NCBI GenBank assembly: GCA_965218795.1
Contig: OZ244653.1
Coordinates: 4,544,001-4,608,000 of the forward strand
DNA from: a bacterium
GTDB lineage: Bacteria; UBA8248; JACPRG01; G963555815
Length of the DNA: 64,000 nt
Direction: 5' to 3'
Positions 50,912 to 61,338 of this stretch are shown here, piece after piece. The notes beneath the pieces were generated by a model. It searched no databases. It saw only the letters and a list, made by a program, of their open reading frames with translations, and was not told the origin of the DNA. The stretch's first letter is position 1. The number at the start of each line of letters is the position of its first letter. The translations under genes were made by a program, and so were the position numbers.

Positions 50912-53247
50912 TCACCATTCGATTGATTTTGATGTGTGGACGTGATCGGGCATCCGGTAACTCAGTCCCCCCTCGTCGTACACCGAGATTTGGAGAAGCT
51001 GAGTGAAATTTTGCGATCTGACGATCTGTTTCTTCTTCAGAAATCGCTGAAGGCGTTGTTTCATCCGGTAACTGAACAGTGTTATCAGTCTTTCTATGGC
51101 AGTGCCCTTTGGAAACCCGAACCCGTCAGCGAGTTCGTTTCCTATAAGCGATCGTGACAGGCGGTAGGCCAAAGCTAGTGTACTGTCGCAGAAATTTTTT
51201 CACAAAGGCGTTTGATCTTTGCAAGGATGGAATCGGCCGTGGCCGTCCACACAAACGGCTGGGCGTTTTCGTTCCAGTGGTCGGTGAATCGGTCAATCCG
51301 GCGGATCAGTTCTTTCACTTTGTTGAAGGAGCCCCGTCGAATCGCACGTTGCGTGATGATGTGAAACCAGATTTCCACTTGGTTGAGCCAGGAAGCATAC
51401 GTCGGCGTGAAGTGGAGTTGAAACCGTGGGTGTCTTGCCAACCATTGCTTGATTTTGGCGTGCTTGTGGGTGGCGTAGTTGTCGATCACCAAATGAATGT
51501 CCAAATCCGGCGGCACCTGCTCCTCGATGTGGCGTAGAAACTGAAGAAATTCCTGATGACGATGGCGGGGCTTACACTGCGCCATGACTTCTCCGGTCTG
51601 GATGTCCAGCGCGGCAAACAGAGTCGTTGTGCCATGGCGCCTGTAGTCGTGGGTGACCCCTTCCACATAGCCCAAGCCCAAGGGCAGCAACGGCTGCGTG
51701 CGTTCCAGAGCCTGGACCTGGCTCTTCTCGTCCACGCACAGCACCATGGCATGCTCGGGCGGATTCAGGTATAACCCCACGATGTCGCGTACTTTCTCCA
51801 CGAAGAAGGGATCCGTGGAGAGTTTGAAGTGCGCTTGTCGATGGGGCTGCAACCCGAAGGCACGCCAGATGCGATGCACCGTATCTTTGGATACACCCGT
51901 CGCCTGCGCCATGGAACGCACCGTCCACTGGGTCGCCTCGTTGGGACGCTCTTTGAGTGTCTTGTATACGACCTCGGCCACTTGCTCATCCTCAATCGAT
52001 CGCGGCGCTCCAGGCCGCAATTCGTCATACAGGCCGATCAGGCCGCGGTCGAGATACCGCTGGCGCCATTTTCCCACGGTGGCACGATTCACGCCAAGCG
52101 CCTCGCCAACCGCACGATTGGGCTTGCCATCGGCGGCCAACAAGACAATCTGGGCACGGCGCACCAGCCCATGGGGTAGGCTGCGGGAATGGGCCATAGA
52201 CTCCAATTGCTGTCGAGCATCATCGCTCAACTCCAAAGCTTTCAGCGGGCGTCCCCGTGGCATAGGTTCCTCCTTGAAAAAGGGGTGATCAGGAAACCTA
52301 TGCACAAACATGACTTTTGCCTACTTATTCTTGAGACGAAACACTAGCAACCCGTCCCTTTCAGCCGGATCCGTCACATTCGCAACTGTCGGAATGGCCT
52401 GGATCAACATATTCGCGACGGCTATCGAATCGGCGTCCGCCGCCGGCTCGCACATATAGCCGATCTTGTACATGTTTTCCGCGTCCGCAGTGTTGGTATA
52501 GAGGATGGTTTCAGGTATCCCCATGAGATAGCCGGCGTAGCGCCAAACACTCATAACACTCTCTTTCTCTTCCTTGCTGAATCTCGCGCCCACCGCCAAG
52601 GAGTATTCCAACAGACGCTTGGAAAAGACGGAGATGGCGAAACCCAGGTGCGCCGCGCTTACCGGCGTGCCCCAGGCTTCGTGATTCCAATCGTCGGATT
52701 CCGCCAGCAGACCCCTGATTCGAGAATGAATGAAGCGGATGCGCGTGGACAGCTTCCATCCATCGCCATTTCTGTGCAAGCCGCCGGGGAAAAATATTTC
52801 CAGCATGTGGCGGTTATTCTGCTGGAGGCGTCTTTTGGTCGACGCCACTCGCCCGGTAATCTTGAAAGACTTGGCGATCATTGTCGAAAAGCCTTCCACC
52901 AGCACCCCCGTAACGAATGCGACGAGCATGAGGTCTACGTTTACGTGGAAGGCGTGAATCCCCGGACGAAAGGATTCGTAATCGAGCCAGGGAGGTCCTT
53001 CTTCAAGATTTTTGAAGAAATCGCGCAGGGGCTGCGGTGCTTGGCGCAGAACCTCATCCTGCCGGTCTATGCCGGCTCCGATGAACCGGTGCAGCTCGTC
53101 AGGAGGCAAGGAGGAGAGTTCCTCCATAATCGGGTCCAACCCAGGGTCGCCAATGGTGGTGTGCTTGACATAGTTGTCGGCATCGGTTTGATTGTAGAGG
53201 CGGGCTTTCTTGTAACCCTCGGCGTACGCTAAAGGTATTTGTTCCAC
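50912..53247 (-). pseudogene. MpaB/Lcp-like (DUF2236) oxygenase interrupted by IS630
   Basis: GTG 53247 after AGGAGG; IGDP, RIRFIHSRIR, WGTPV, WRYAGYLMG; halves rejoin in frame (GLL-ALAYR). Confidence 0.85.
51175..52347 (-). mobile_element. IS630-family element, copy 2
   Basis: Same length and identical transposase translation to copy 1; CTAG ends. Confidence 0.95.
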
Positions 53248-53489
53248 CTCACATCCTCCTGGGAGTCTGTCAGACTCGGTGAGCGATCTCCTCACGTAAT
53301 CAATAAGTTATCACAGACGTGTAGCGAATATCGCATACAAATTGATTGATCAATCCCGTCAAATGAACCAGTCAGCCAACCCCATACACTTCAGTCGGAG
53401 AAAAGTTCAAGAACTGCGGACCCAGATCCGCCCATTGCCAGGGAAACTGAAACGGGTCGGCGAGTTCGTCGCCGCCTTGGTCATCAGAG

Positions 53490-53636
53490 GTCGCGACGGC
53501 CAGCCCCAGGGCGAGGACGCCCATACAGCGCTCACTCACGCCCCGCTTCTTGTCTAGGTCTGAAGTCTGAAGTCTGGAGCGTATCATATTCATGAAATGC
53601 GAACAAGGCTGGGACGGACTAACAATCACTTGGAAT
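53490..53636 (-). pseudogene. Relic autotransporter 5' leader with 2 heptamers
   Basis: Homologous to 13783-13839 and 14092-14169; MNMIRSRLQTSD..MGVLALGLAVA. Confidence 0.7.
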
Positions 53637-53893
53637 GCTTCATGGGGTTGAGCGTTGGCGCGTGCCATTGTGGATAGCTTCGGAGCGATCACTCTACTCA
53701 AACCCGTGACCCGTTCGACTTGAAGCGCAGGGGCTGGCGGTTCTCGATAACCACCCAACCGTAGACTCCTATCAATATAATGTATTACATGAGGGTACGC
53801 AATGTAGTACGTGCAGTTATTTATTCGGGTGTTCTTTCCTTTGCTTCTGGCGATGTCTGCCCTTTCCCTCTGACTGACGCCAGGCCTTTTTTC

Positions 53894-54010
53894 CCGGATT
53901 CCCGTTGCAGCCTGCCCTCGACTAAAGCCTTCGGGGACAGGCTCAATCCGGTCACCCCTGCGTGCCCCCCGCCAAAAGCTCGCGGGGGCAGGCTCTGGGC
54001 AGGGGTCCAC
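53894..54010. repeat. Composite REP-like palindromes
   Basis: GGATTCCCGTTGCAGCCTGCCCTCGACTAAAGCCTTCGGGGACAGGC. Confidence 0.7.
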
Positions 54011-54025
54011 ATCCCCGAGTGTATG

Positions 54026-54199
54026 CCGTTTTTTTTTGGATCTCCCCTGTCCTCGCAGGTCGATGCGTTTACCCATCTTGCTTGCAGCTTCCTCGATGAA
54101 TCGAGTACTCCCGGTGAGTTGTCCACGCTGCACCGCTTGTCGGATGAGCGTCCATTTCGTCTCCGGTACGGCGTCTGAAGAATAAATCCGTCCCCTTTT
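54026..54199 (-). pseudogene. C-terminal RAYT-like remnant plus AATAAATCCGTCCCCTTTT motif
   Basis: QRGQLTGSTRFIEE..GKRIDLRGQGRSKK. Confidence 0.6.
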
Positions 54200-54285
54200 C
54201 TCTGCCTGGATTTCTGCTTGCTCAGGAGTGACCCTCGCCTGAAACCGCGGGGCGGGCTCGCTGGGGGACCGGCATGGTTCTGGTT

Positions 54286-54311
54286 GTCATTCCCGCGCAA
54301 GCGGGAATCCA
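54286..54311. repeat. REP palindrome
   Basis: GTCATTCCCGCGCAAGCGGGAATCCA. Confidence 0.85.
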
Positions 54312-54364
54312 TTCCCCGACCTGAGCAGGGCCAGGCCCCCGCGAGCATCGATCGGAGGAAAGCG

Positions 54365-56161
54365 CTATGGGAGGACGGGAACGATCCTGTGCGCGCGGAC
54401 GTCCACGAGCCCTCGATCTGTCAGGCCGCACTCCGGAATGGTGGGAAGAGACACGAACGATAACGTCATGAAGGGGTTCGGAAGCGTGCAGCCCAAGCTG
54501 CGCGCGGCGGCCTTCAGTTCATTGAGACGCCTGACGACCTCGCTGACCGGGCGGTCGGAAAGCAAGCCGGCAATGGGGAGGGGGAGTCGCGCCAGGGCTT
54601 TCCCGCCATTGATGACAATCAGCCCGCCTTGCATCTTCCGAAGCTGTTGGATTGCTTCGAGGATTTCATCGTCCGATGCCCCGACCACAATCAGGTTGTG
54701 GTGATCATGGGCGACGGAGGACCCCATGGCTCCCGATTTCAAACCGAAGCCCCGGACAAGGGCGGTTCCGACGTTCCCGTGTCCGCTGTGCCGATCGACG
54801 GCCGCGATCTTCAGGATGTCCCGTCCGGTATCCGGATGAACCCCGCCTTCCTGAACCTTCACCTTGTGACTGCACATTCGAGTCGTTGGAAGGGTGGGAT
54901 GAACCTCGATGACTCGCGCAGCCGTGACGCCGTCCGCCAACTTTTTTCCTATCGAAATCTGCCGAGGCCTGATGCCTCCTGGGGGGAGCCGCACGGAGCT
55001 GACGGTCCAGGCAGGAGGTTTCCTCTCTTCTTGAAGGCGCCGGACCGGACCGCCTCCCTTCCACACGGGTTCGCCGCCCACGAGGACGCCCTGTACATCG
55101 AACTTCTTCAGACTTTTCACCAGAACGATGTCTGCCAGCCGACCCGGGGTCAGGGCCCCCAGATCTTTCTCCAAACCATAATGCGCCGCGCAGTTCCACG
55201 TCGCGCAACGAATCGCCTCGATGGGGTCCATCCCCAGGCGGACGGCCTCGCGAACGTGATGATCGATGTCCCCCTCGGATACGAGGTCATCGGGGTGCTT
55301 ATCATCCGTGCAGAAGCAGAGCCGATCGGTGGAGAGACCTTCCTTGAGGATCCTGGGGAGGATTTCATGCAGGCTTCTCTCCGTGGATCCTTCCCGGAGA
55401 AAGACGGTCATCCCGAGACGGAGACGATCGCGAACTTCTTCAAACGTCGTGCTCTCGTGGTCGTCCCGGATGCCGAGCGTTTGCAGGCAGGCCACATCCT
55501 CGCCCAGGACGTGCGGCGCGTGTCCGGCCAGAATTTTTCCGGTCGGCCGCGTCCAGCGGAGGAGGCGATGCTGCCTCGGGTCCTCTGCCAGCAAACGATC
55601 CCCATTGAACTCGCCGAAGGCGACCACCCCCGGCCATCGGGCCATCGCCTCGACCTCGGAACGGCCGAATTCGGCGCCGGAGGTCTCAAGGAGCGGGGCT
55701 GTGGGCACCTTGCAGGGGGCGATGAGAAACAGGCGGATGGGAAGCTTACCCGCATCGCGCAACATCCACCGGACGCCCTTGAGCCCCAGGACATTGGCGA
55801 TCTCATGCGGGTTCGCAAAAAATGTCGTGGTTCCGCCGGGCAGGACGGCCTCGGCGAATCGAGCCAGCGTCAGGAGCGTCGCCTCCGTGTGGAGGTGGGC
55901 GTCCATCAATCCCGGAACTGCGAAAGCCCTGTTCGCGTTGAGGATTTCGCGCCCGTTGCCTTTGCCGCTCGCCGCAATTCTCTGGATTCGGTCTCCAGCG
56001 ATTTCGATATCGGCGGGGTAGATTTCCCGAGAGAGAACGTTGACCAGCCGGCAATTCCGAATGACCCAATCCACCGGCTTTCCGGATGTCCGGCGAAGCC
56101 CCGTCTTGCGTGCGTGAGCGGACTTTGTGAGAGATGCCGTCATCCTTGGATTGTATAGCAA
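54365..56161 (-). CDS. ade: Adenine deaminase
   Basis: PGLMDAHLHTE, NPHEIANV, DDHES, LREGS, TDD, AHDHHN. Confidence 0.92.
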   Translation of the reverse strand: MLYNPRMTASLTKSAHARKTGLRRTSGKPVDWVIRNCRLVNVLSREIYPADIEIAGDRIQRIAASGKGNGREILNANRAFAVPGLMDAHLHTEATLLTLARFAEAVLPGGTTTFFANPHEIANVLGLKGVRWMLRDAGKLPIRLFLIAPCKVPTAPLLETSGAEFGRSEVEAMARWPGVVAFGEFNGDRLLAEDPRQHRLLRWTRPTGKILAGHAPHVLGEDVACLQTLGIRDDHESTTFEEVRDRLRLGMTVFLREGSTERSLHEILPRILKEGLSTDRLCFCTDDKHPDDLVSEGDIDHHVREAVRLGMDPIEAIRCATWNCAAHYGLEKDLGALTPGRLADIVLVKSLKKFDVQGVLVGGEPVWKGGGPVRRLQEERKPPAWTVSSVRLPPGGIRPRQISIGKKLADGVTAARVIEVHPTLPTTRMCSHKVKVQEGGVHPDTGRDILKIAAVDRHSGHGNVGTALVRGFGLKSGAMGSSVAHDHHNLIVVGASDDEILEAIQQLRKMQGGLIVINGGKALARLPLPIAGLLSDRPVSEVVRRLNELKAAARSLGCTLPNPFMTLSFVSLPTIPECGLTDRGLVDVRAHRIVPVLP

Positions 56162-56249
56162 TTTATTGTTTCAAACCTTTAATCACTTCCACATTGAGGG
56201 GAGTCGGCGAGACGGTGCTGATCCCCCCTCCCCCTCAAGGGAGGAGGAA

Positions 56250-56957
56250 TCAGAGGATGCGCTGGCGCGCCGGTGGGGGGGGATCGAATTCACGGGGCAA
56301 CAACCGGCCTTCCTCCATCCGGATCGGATCCACCCGGCACGCTTCAGCCAGCCCGTGATGATGCGTCGTGAAAATCAGGGATCGATGGCTCGATGAAATC
56401 CGCTCCATCACCTGTTCGACGCAGGCGCAGCTCTCGGCGTCCAGGTTGGAGGCGGGCTCGTCGAGCAGCAACACCTCAGGCTCCGGAGCGAGGGCGCGGG
56501 CGAGGGCCACCCGCTGGGCCTCTCCTCCCGAAAGGCCGTTGACCTTCCTCTCCTCGAATCCTGCAAGCCCGACCTCGTCGAGGACCCGCGAGGCCCTGCG
56601 AGTACTCTCCCGACGGCTCACGCCGCGCGCGCGAAGGCCGTAAGCGACGTTGAATAGAACAGTCCCCCGAAAGAGCCAGGGTGACTGCATCATCAGTGTC
56701 ATCTTTCGCCGGGATTCAATCTGCCGACCGTTCGTCGGAACCGGACGTCCCTCAAACCGAACCCCTCCCCGCGTGGGGATCAATAGACCGGCCAGGATGG
56801 AGATCAGCGTTGTCTTCCCGGCCCCGTTGGGGCCGACGAAGGCATAAGTCGCTCCCGCTTCCAGGGAAAGAGATGGAACATCGAGGGCGATTTTTTGGTC
56901 CACGGGCCGATCGCCGAAGATCACCCTCACCCCATCGAGGTCGAACAAATGACTCAT
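56250..56957 (-). CDS. tupC: Tungstate ABC ATP-binding protein
   Basis: GPNGAGKT, LSGGEAQR, LDEP; ATGA overlap with tupB. Confidence 0.82.
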   Translation of the reverse strand: MSHLFDLDGVRVIFGDRPVDQKIALDVPSLSLEAGATYAFVGPNGAGKTTLISILAGLLIPTRGGVRFEGRPVPTNGRQIESRRKMTLMMQSPWLFRGTVLFNVAYGLRARGVSRRESTRRASRVLDEVGLAGFEERKVNGLSGGEAQRVALARALAPEPEVLLLDEPASNLDAESCACVEQVMERISSSHRSLIFTTHHHGLAEACRVDPIRMEEGRLLPREFDPPPPARQRIL

Positions 56958-57652
56958 CCCTTCATCACCTTGGCATGGAGGAAGCGCAACATCACGTTCA
57001 ACGCGACCACGAGGACCATGAGAATAAAGCCCAGGGCAATCCCGAACCCGAACTCGCCTTGAGCCGTCTCTAATGCAATGGCCGTGGTCAATGTCCGGGT
57101 ATACCCGCGAATGTTCCCCCCCAGCATCATGGCGACCCCCACTTCCGCCACAACACGACCAAACGCGGCCAGGATCGCCGCCATGACGCCGTACCGGGCT
57201 TCGGCCAGGACCGTCCTGGCGGTACGGAACGGACCCGCTCCCAGCGTAAAGGCCGTCAGACGAACCCGGGGATCCATTTCCTTCACTGCGGCCAGGACAA
57301 AAGCGGCGACGATAGGCGTCGCCAGGATGACCAGGCCGACGATGACTCCCTCTGGCGTAAAGAGAAGTCCAAGCCCGCCCAACAATCCCCGCCGGGAGAG
57401 AAACGCGTACGCCACGAGCGCGACCACAACGGTGGGGAGGCCCAAAAGGGCGTTGACCACCGTGATCGCTGTCTCTCTTCCTCGGAACTCGCGGACTGCC
57501 AGCAGATATCCGACCGGCAGGCCGAAAGCGCTGGCCGCCAGCGTGCTCCACCACGCCAGGTAGAGCGACGTCCCGGCCGCCGATACGACCTCGGGGTCCG
57601 CCCGCAGGATCAAACGGACCGCTCCGAATATTCCTTCCGACAAGAATTCCAT
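56954..57652 (-). CDS. tupB: Tungstate ABC permease
   Basis: LLGLPTVVV, AEVG, GGNIRGYTRTLTTAIALET. Confidence 0.92.
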   Translation of the reverse strand: MEFLSEGIFGAVRLILRADPEVVSAAGTSLYLAWWSTLAASAFGLPVGYLLAVREFRGRETAITVVNALLGLPTVVVALVAYAFLSRRGLLGGLGLLFTPEGVIVGLVILATPIVAAFVLAAVKEMDPRVRLTAFTLGAGPFRTARTVLAEARYGVMAAILAAFGRVVAEVGVAMMLGGNIRGYTRTLTTAIALETAQGEFGFGIALGFILMVLVVALNVMLRFLHAKVMKG

Positions 57653-57660
57653 GCGAGAAT

Positions 57661-58497
57661 TTACGGGAGCGTCGCAGGAGTAAAAAGCGACTGCCCGGAA
57701 ACCGTGAACGCCCGGATGATCGCCTGTCCCCGGGGGGCGTTCACGTACTCGATGAGCGCCAGGGCCATCCGATGGCGGACGTGGGGATGACGGCTCGGGT
57801 TCACGGCGATGATCCCATAGGGGTTGAACAGGCGCGGATCCCCTTCCAGCAGAACCTCGAGGCCGATTTTGTCCCGAAAGGCGAGATAGGTTCCACGGTC
57901 GGAGAGGGTATAAGCCCGCCGCTCATCGGCGATGAGCAGGGTCTTCCCCATCCCCTGTCCGACTTCAAGGTACCAGGCCCCGGTGGGATGGCGTCCCGTC
58001 TTCTCCCACAATCGGCGCTCCTTTCGATGTGTCCCGGATTCATCCCCCCGGGAGACGAATGCAGCGCCCTTTTCCTTGATGAGGGACAAAGCCCTCACCG
58101 CATCCCGGGTCCTCCGGATCCCGGCGGGATCCTCCGAAGGACCCAGGACGACAAAATCATTGTACATGAACTGTCGCCGGTTGACCCCATGACCCTCTTG
58201 CACGAATCGGGTTTCCGCGTCCGGGGCGTGGACCATCACCACATCCACGTCGCCGTTTCGGCCGAGTTCCAGGGCCTTGCCCGTCCCTGCGGGGATCACA
58301 TCGACTCGGACACCGTGAGTCTTTTCGAAGGGCGGCAGGAGCAACCGCAGCAGACCGGAGTTGGCCGTGCTGGTTGTGGTCGCCAGGCGTATGCGGTCCT
58401 GCGCCTGAACCCCTTCGCCGAAGCTTCCGGCAAGAACCAGGTTGAAGCCCAAGGAGGTTGTGAGCAGCATCCATTTGAAGAATCGACTGAGGTTCAA
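57661..58497 (-). CDS. tupA: Tungstate-binding protein
   Basis: LATTTS..SGLL, GTGKAL, VHAP, FVSRGDESGTH, DRGT, NPY. Confidence 0.95.
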   Translation of the reverse strand: MNLSRFFKWMLLTTSLGFNLVLAGSFGEGVQAQDRIRLATTTSTANSGLLRLLLPPFEKTHGVRVDVIPAGTGKALELGRNGDVDVVMVHAPDAETRFVQEGHGVNRRQFMYNDFVVLGPSEDPAGIRRTRDAVRALSLIKEKGAAFVSRGDESGTHRKERRLWEKTGRHPTGAWYLEVGQGMGKTLLIADERRAYTLSDRGTYLAFRDKIGLEVLLEGDPRLFNPYGIIAVNPSRHPHVRHRMALALIEYVNAPRGQAIIRAFTVSGQSLFTPATLP

Positions 58498-58749
58498 TCA
58501 CGCCTCCTGTTCGCTCAAGAGGGGCTCAAAACGCTGTCGTCGGGCGATTCGGCCGCTCATTCTCCGATTTCGGGCGAGCCTCATGTTTCTTTTTGAGCGC
58601 CCTGTCTTGGCGCCCCTTGGCGAAATTCCCGCAGACCCTCCAGAAACCCGCGAGCAGCTTGAGACGTCATGGAAATCGGGTGGAGCCGAATCTGTTGAGG
58701 GGCAGGGTTGAGAAGGGGAGGGCGCGATGAGCGATTCTGGCTCGAATCT

Positions 58750-58900
58750 TCGAGCGTTTCGCCGACTTTTTCGAGCAGCTCCTTCTGACTGAAAGGTCTC
58801 CCCATGTAAGCAACGATGGGCAGATGGTTCATCTCCTCGTCCACCACCAGATTACGGATAGCCTGTGATCAGAATAACAGGACATCTTTCGCGATATCCG
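58750..58900 (-). pseudogene. Degenerate response-regulator receiver fragment
   Basis: CPVILITGYP-stop, then in another frame AYMGRPFSQKELLEKV. Confidence 0.55.
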
Positions 58901-59096
58901 GAAGCGCGTGAAAGAACTCCAGCTTGGAATTGCGCGGCGTTTTGACGCCGGCAGTCAGGAGATCGAGCGAAAAATGGGTGGGCTTCTCTGTAGCCGACTT
59001 GCCGTCGGCCGCTGCATCGCATCGGCAGCCGTTTCTATCTTTTATTCACCGTCTCATTGTCTTGAGGATAAAATACTTGTTTCTCCTCAGAATCTC

Positions 59097-60404
59097 CTAC
59101 GCCTCCACGCCGCACCACCGTACCAAGAGGATGGCGAACATCTTGATAGCGGTCACGTAGGACTCGACGTCCACCCATTCATCCGGGCCGTGCCCCCCCC
59201 CGCCAAGCGGCCCGATATTCGCCGTCGCCATTCCCCCGTACAAGGCCGGCACCCGCATGTCGCTGCCGACGGGCGTCGCGCCGAGATGGGTCTTTTCCCC
59301 CGTGACGGATTCGATACTCCCCTGTATCGCCTTGACGAAAGGGTGTTCAGGATCACTCCGCGAAGGGCTGAACCTCATCGGAAGCCAATCGACCTCCGGC
59401 GGGTTCTCTCTCAGCCATGGGTCCGCCGCCGCGGCGGCCCGGATCGTATCCTCGATTCGCCGGACGTTGTCATCGAGGGATTCGTTGTTCGGAAAGGTGT
59501 ACACCCAGTCCATTTCGCAGGAGGGGGGCACCTGATATAACCACCCGCCTCCGTGACAGGCGCTCAGGTACAGATTGGCCGCCCGGACGGGCCGGCCGCT
59601 CTGGTAGAAGCTGTTCTCGGTCAACCCTTCCCGGCTGTTCACCCCGATATGACGGTCGAGTTCCTGGAGGGCCTCCGCAATGCGCCAGGCTTTCTCGATG
59701 GCGTTGACGCCCAGGTGGGCCTGGAACCCGTGGGTGGTCTTCCCTTGTACTTTCACCCGGAAGGAGAGCACGCCGGAAGAGGCGATCCAGACCATCGTGG
59801 GTTTCCCTTCGCCGGGATGCGGGTGGATTCCGGCGTCCGTCCGGAATCCCTGTTCAATGCAGGCCAGGATGCCGCCGCCGCCCCCGATCTCCTCCTCGAT
59901 GTTACTCACGCATAATACGTCTCCCTTGAGCCGGATTCCCGCGCCCATGCAGGCCTTGACCGCCAGGAACGAAGCCGCCATACCCGCTTTCATGTCGGCC
60001 GTTCCCAGACCATACATGCGGCCGTCCTCAATCTCCGCGGCGAACGGGTCGTGGGTCCACTCATCGCCGGGCGGGACCGTATCGATGTGCGCGAAGTACA
60101 TGATGGAGCGTCCGCCGCCCGTCCCCCTGTACCGTCCGACGATGTTGGGGCGGTCTTCATAGTTGCCGACGTTGATTTCCGGATCCACCGGAATGAATTC
60201 CGGGTGGCCTTCCAGGGCCTTCAAGTCCGCAACGCACGATTCGACCTCCAATCCCATCTCGGCCAGGGATTGCGACAGGAATCCCTGTGCCGGACCTTCC
60301 TCACCGGTCAGACTGGGGATGCGGACCAGTTCCTGAAGAAAACGGATGCTTTCCTCTCGATGAGAATCGATCCATTCGATGATGCTGGATTCCTCGTTTG
60401 ACAT
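59097..60404 (-). CDS. ArgE/DapE-like M20 metallohydrolase
   Basis: AHIDTV, GTADMKAG, EEE, HGPDE. Confidence 0.92.
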   Translation of the reverse strand: MSNEESSIIEWIDSHREESIRFLQELVRIPSLTGEEGPAQGFLSQSLAEMGLEVESCVADLKALEGHPEFIPVDPEINVGNYEDRPNIVGRYRGTGGGRSIMYFAHIDTVPPGDEWTHDPFAAEIEDGRMYGLGTADMKAGMAASFLAVKACMGAGIRLKGDVLCVSNIEEEIGGGGGILACIEQGFRTDAGIHPHPGEGKPTMVWIASSGVLSFRVKVQGKTTHGFQAHLGVNAIEKAWRIAEALQELDRHIGVNSREGLTENSFYQSGRPVRAANLYLSACHGGGWLYQVPPSCEMDWVYTFPNNESLDDNVRRIEDTIRAAAAADPWLRENPPEVDWLPMRFSPSRSDPEHPFVKAIQGSIESVTGEKTHLGATPVGSDMRVPALYGGMATANIGPLGGGGHGPDEWVDVESYVTAIKMFAILLVRWCGVEA

Positions 60405-60496
60405 GGTTCGATCACCCCTGACGGTCGATCATGACCTTGTGAGAGCGGTTTGGACTCACTGCAGGCCCAGCCACCCGGGGGACAACCCGACTCCGC

Positions 60497-61303
60497 TTAC
60501 AAGGCCATCCAACCTCCGTCGACAGGAAGCGTATGACCCGTGATCAGGCCGGAAGCGTCCGAAGCCAGGAAGGTGGCCGCGCCTTTGATCTCCTCGGGCC
60601 GGCCCCGCCTCTGCATCGGCATTCGATCGGTAATCTGTTCCCGCATCTTCCTCTTCCATTCCGTATCGTCGCCGGGCGCCGCAAGCCGGGTTTCAAAAAA
60701 TCCCGGCGCGATGGCGTTGACGCGGATCCCATCGCGGGCCCATTCCACGGCGAGTTGCCGCGTCAGATTGACCAGAGCCGCCTTGGAGGAGGCGTAGGCG
60801 GCCGCCGGCATACTCGCGCTTGCTCCCAGCCCCCAGACCGAGGCGATATTGACGATTGCGCCGCCCCGGCGTTTCATGATGGGATACACCGCTTGGCTGC
60901 AAAAGAAAGGGCCGTCTAGGTTAACGGCCAGTACGGCCCTCCAGTGCTCGGGCGTCATATCCTGAGCGGAATACGGGCCCCCGTGGCTTTTCCCCCCGAC
61001 TCCCGCGTTGTTGATGAGAACGTCGATCCTCCCCGTCGTTTCGGCGATCTCCTCGATCACCGAAGACACGGCTTCACGGTCGGAGACATCCATCAATCGA
61101 AAATGCGCCCGGTGCCCGGACTCTCGAAGGGCGCGGACCTTCTCCTCTCCCGATTCGGGGAGAAGGTCCGTCAGGATGACTTCCGCGCCCGCCTCGGCCA
61201 GGCCCTCGGCCATGGCCCAACCGAGTCCTCGCGCCGATCCGGTGACGAGCGCCACCTTCCCGTCCAAGCGGAAGATTTGCGGAAATGTGGGATGTGAGGC
61301 CAC
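60497..61303 (-). CDS. Short-chain dehydrogenase/reductase
   Basis: TGSARGLG, NNAG, YASSK, VDGG. Confidence 0.93.
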   Translation of the reverse strand: MASHPTFPQIFRLDGKVALVTGSARGLGWAMAEGLAEAGAEVILTDLLPESGEEKVRALRESGHRAHFRLMDVSDREAVSSVIEEIAETTGRIDVLINNAGVGGKSHGGPYSAQDMTPEHWRAVLAVNLDGPFFCSQAVYPIMKRRGGAIVNIASVWGLGASASMPAAAYASSKAALVNLTRQLAVEWARDGIRVNAIAPGFFETRLAAPGDDTEWKRKMREQITDRMPMQRRGRPEEIKGAATFLASDASGLITGHTLPVDGGWMAL

Positions 61304-61338
61304 CGGCTTCCTTTCCGGAAGGGTTCTCCCCTGAACGA

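Noticed and set aside
32936-52347. Composite transposon or inversion bounded by inverted IS630 copies
   Set aside because: Both flanks of copy 2 belong to the same interrupted gene, so the insertions are independent
53637-54025. 253-aa ORF 53372-54133 as a real gene
   Set aside because: Chance read-through of a RAYT tail, REPs and the relic leader
56958-57554. N-terminal extensions of ORF-track calls (also 26575-26985 and 47147-47467)
   Set aside because: They overlap real upstream genes; internal starts have an RBS or stop/start coupling
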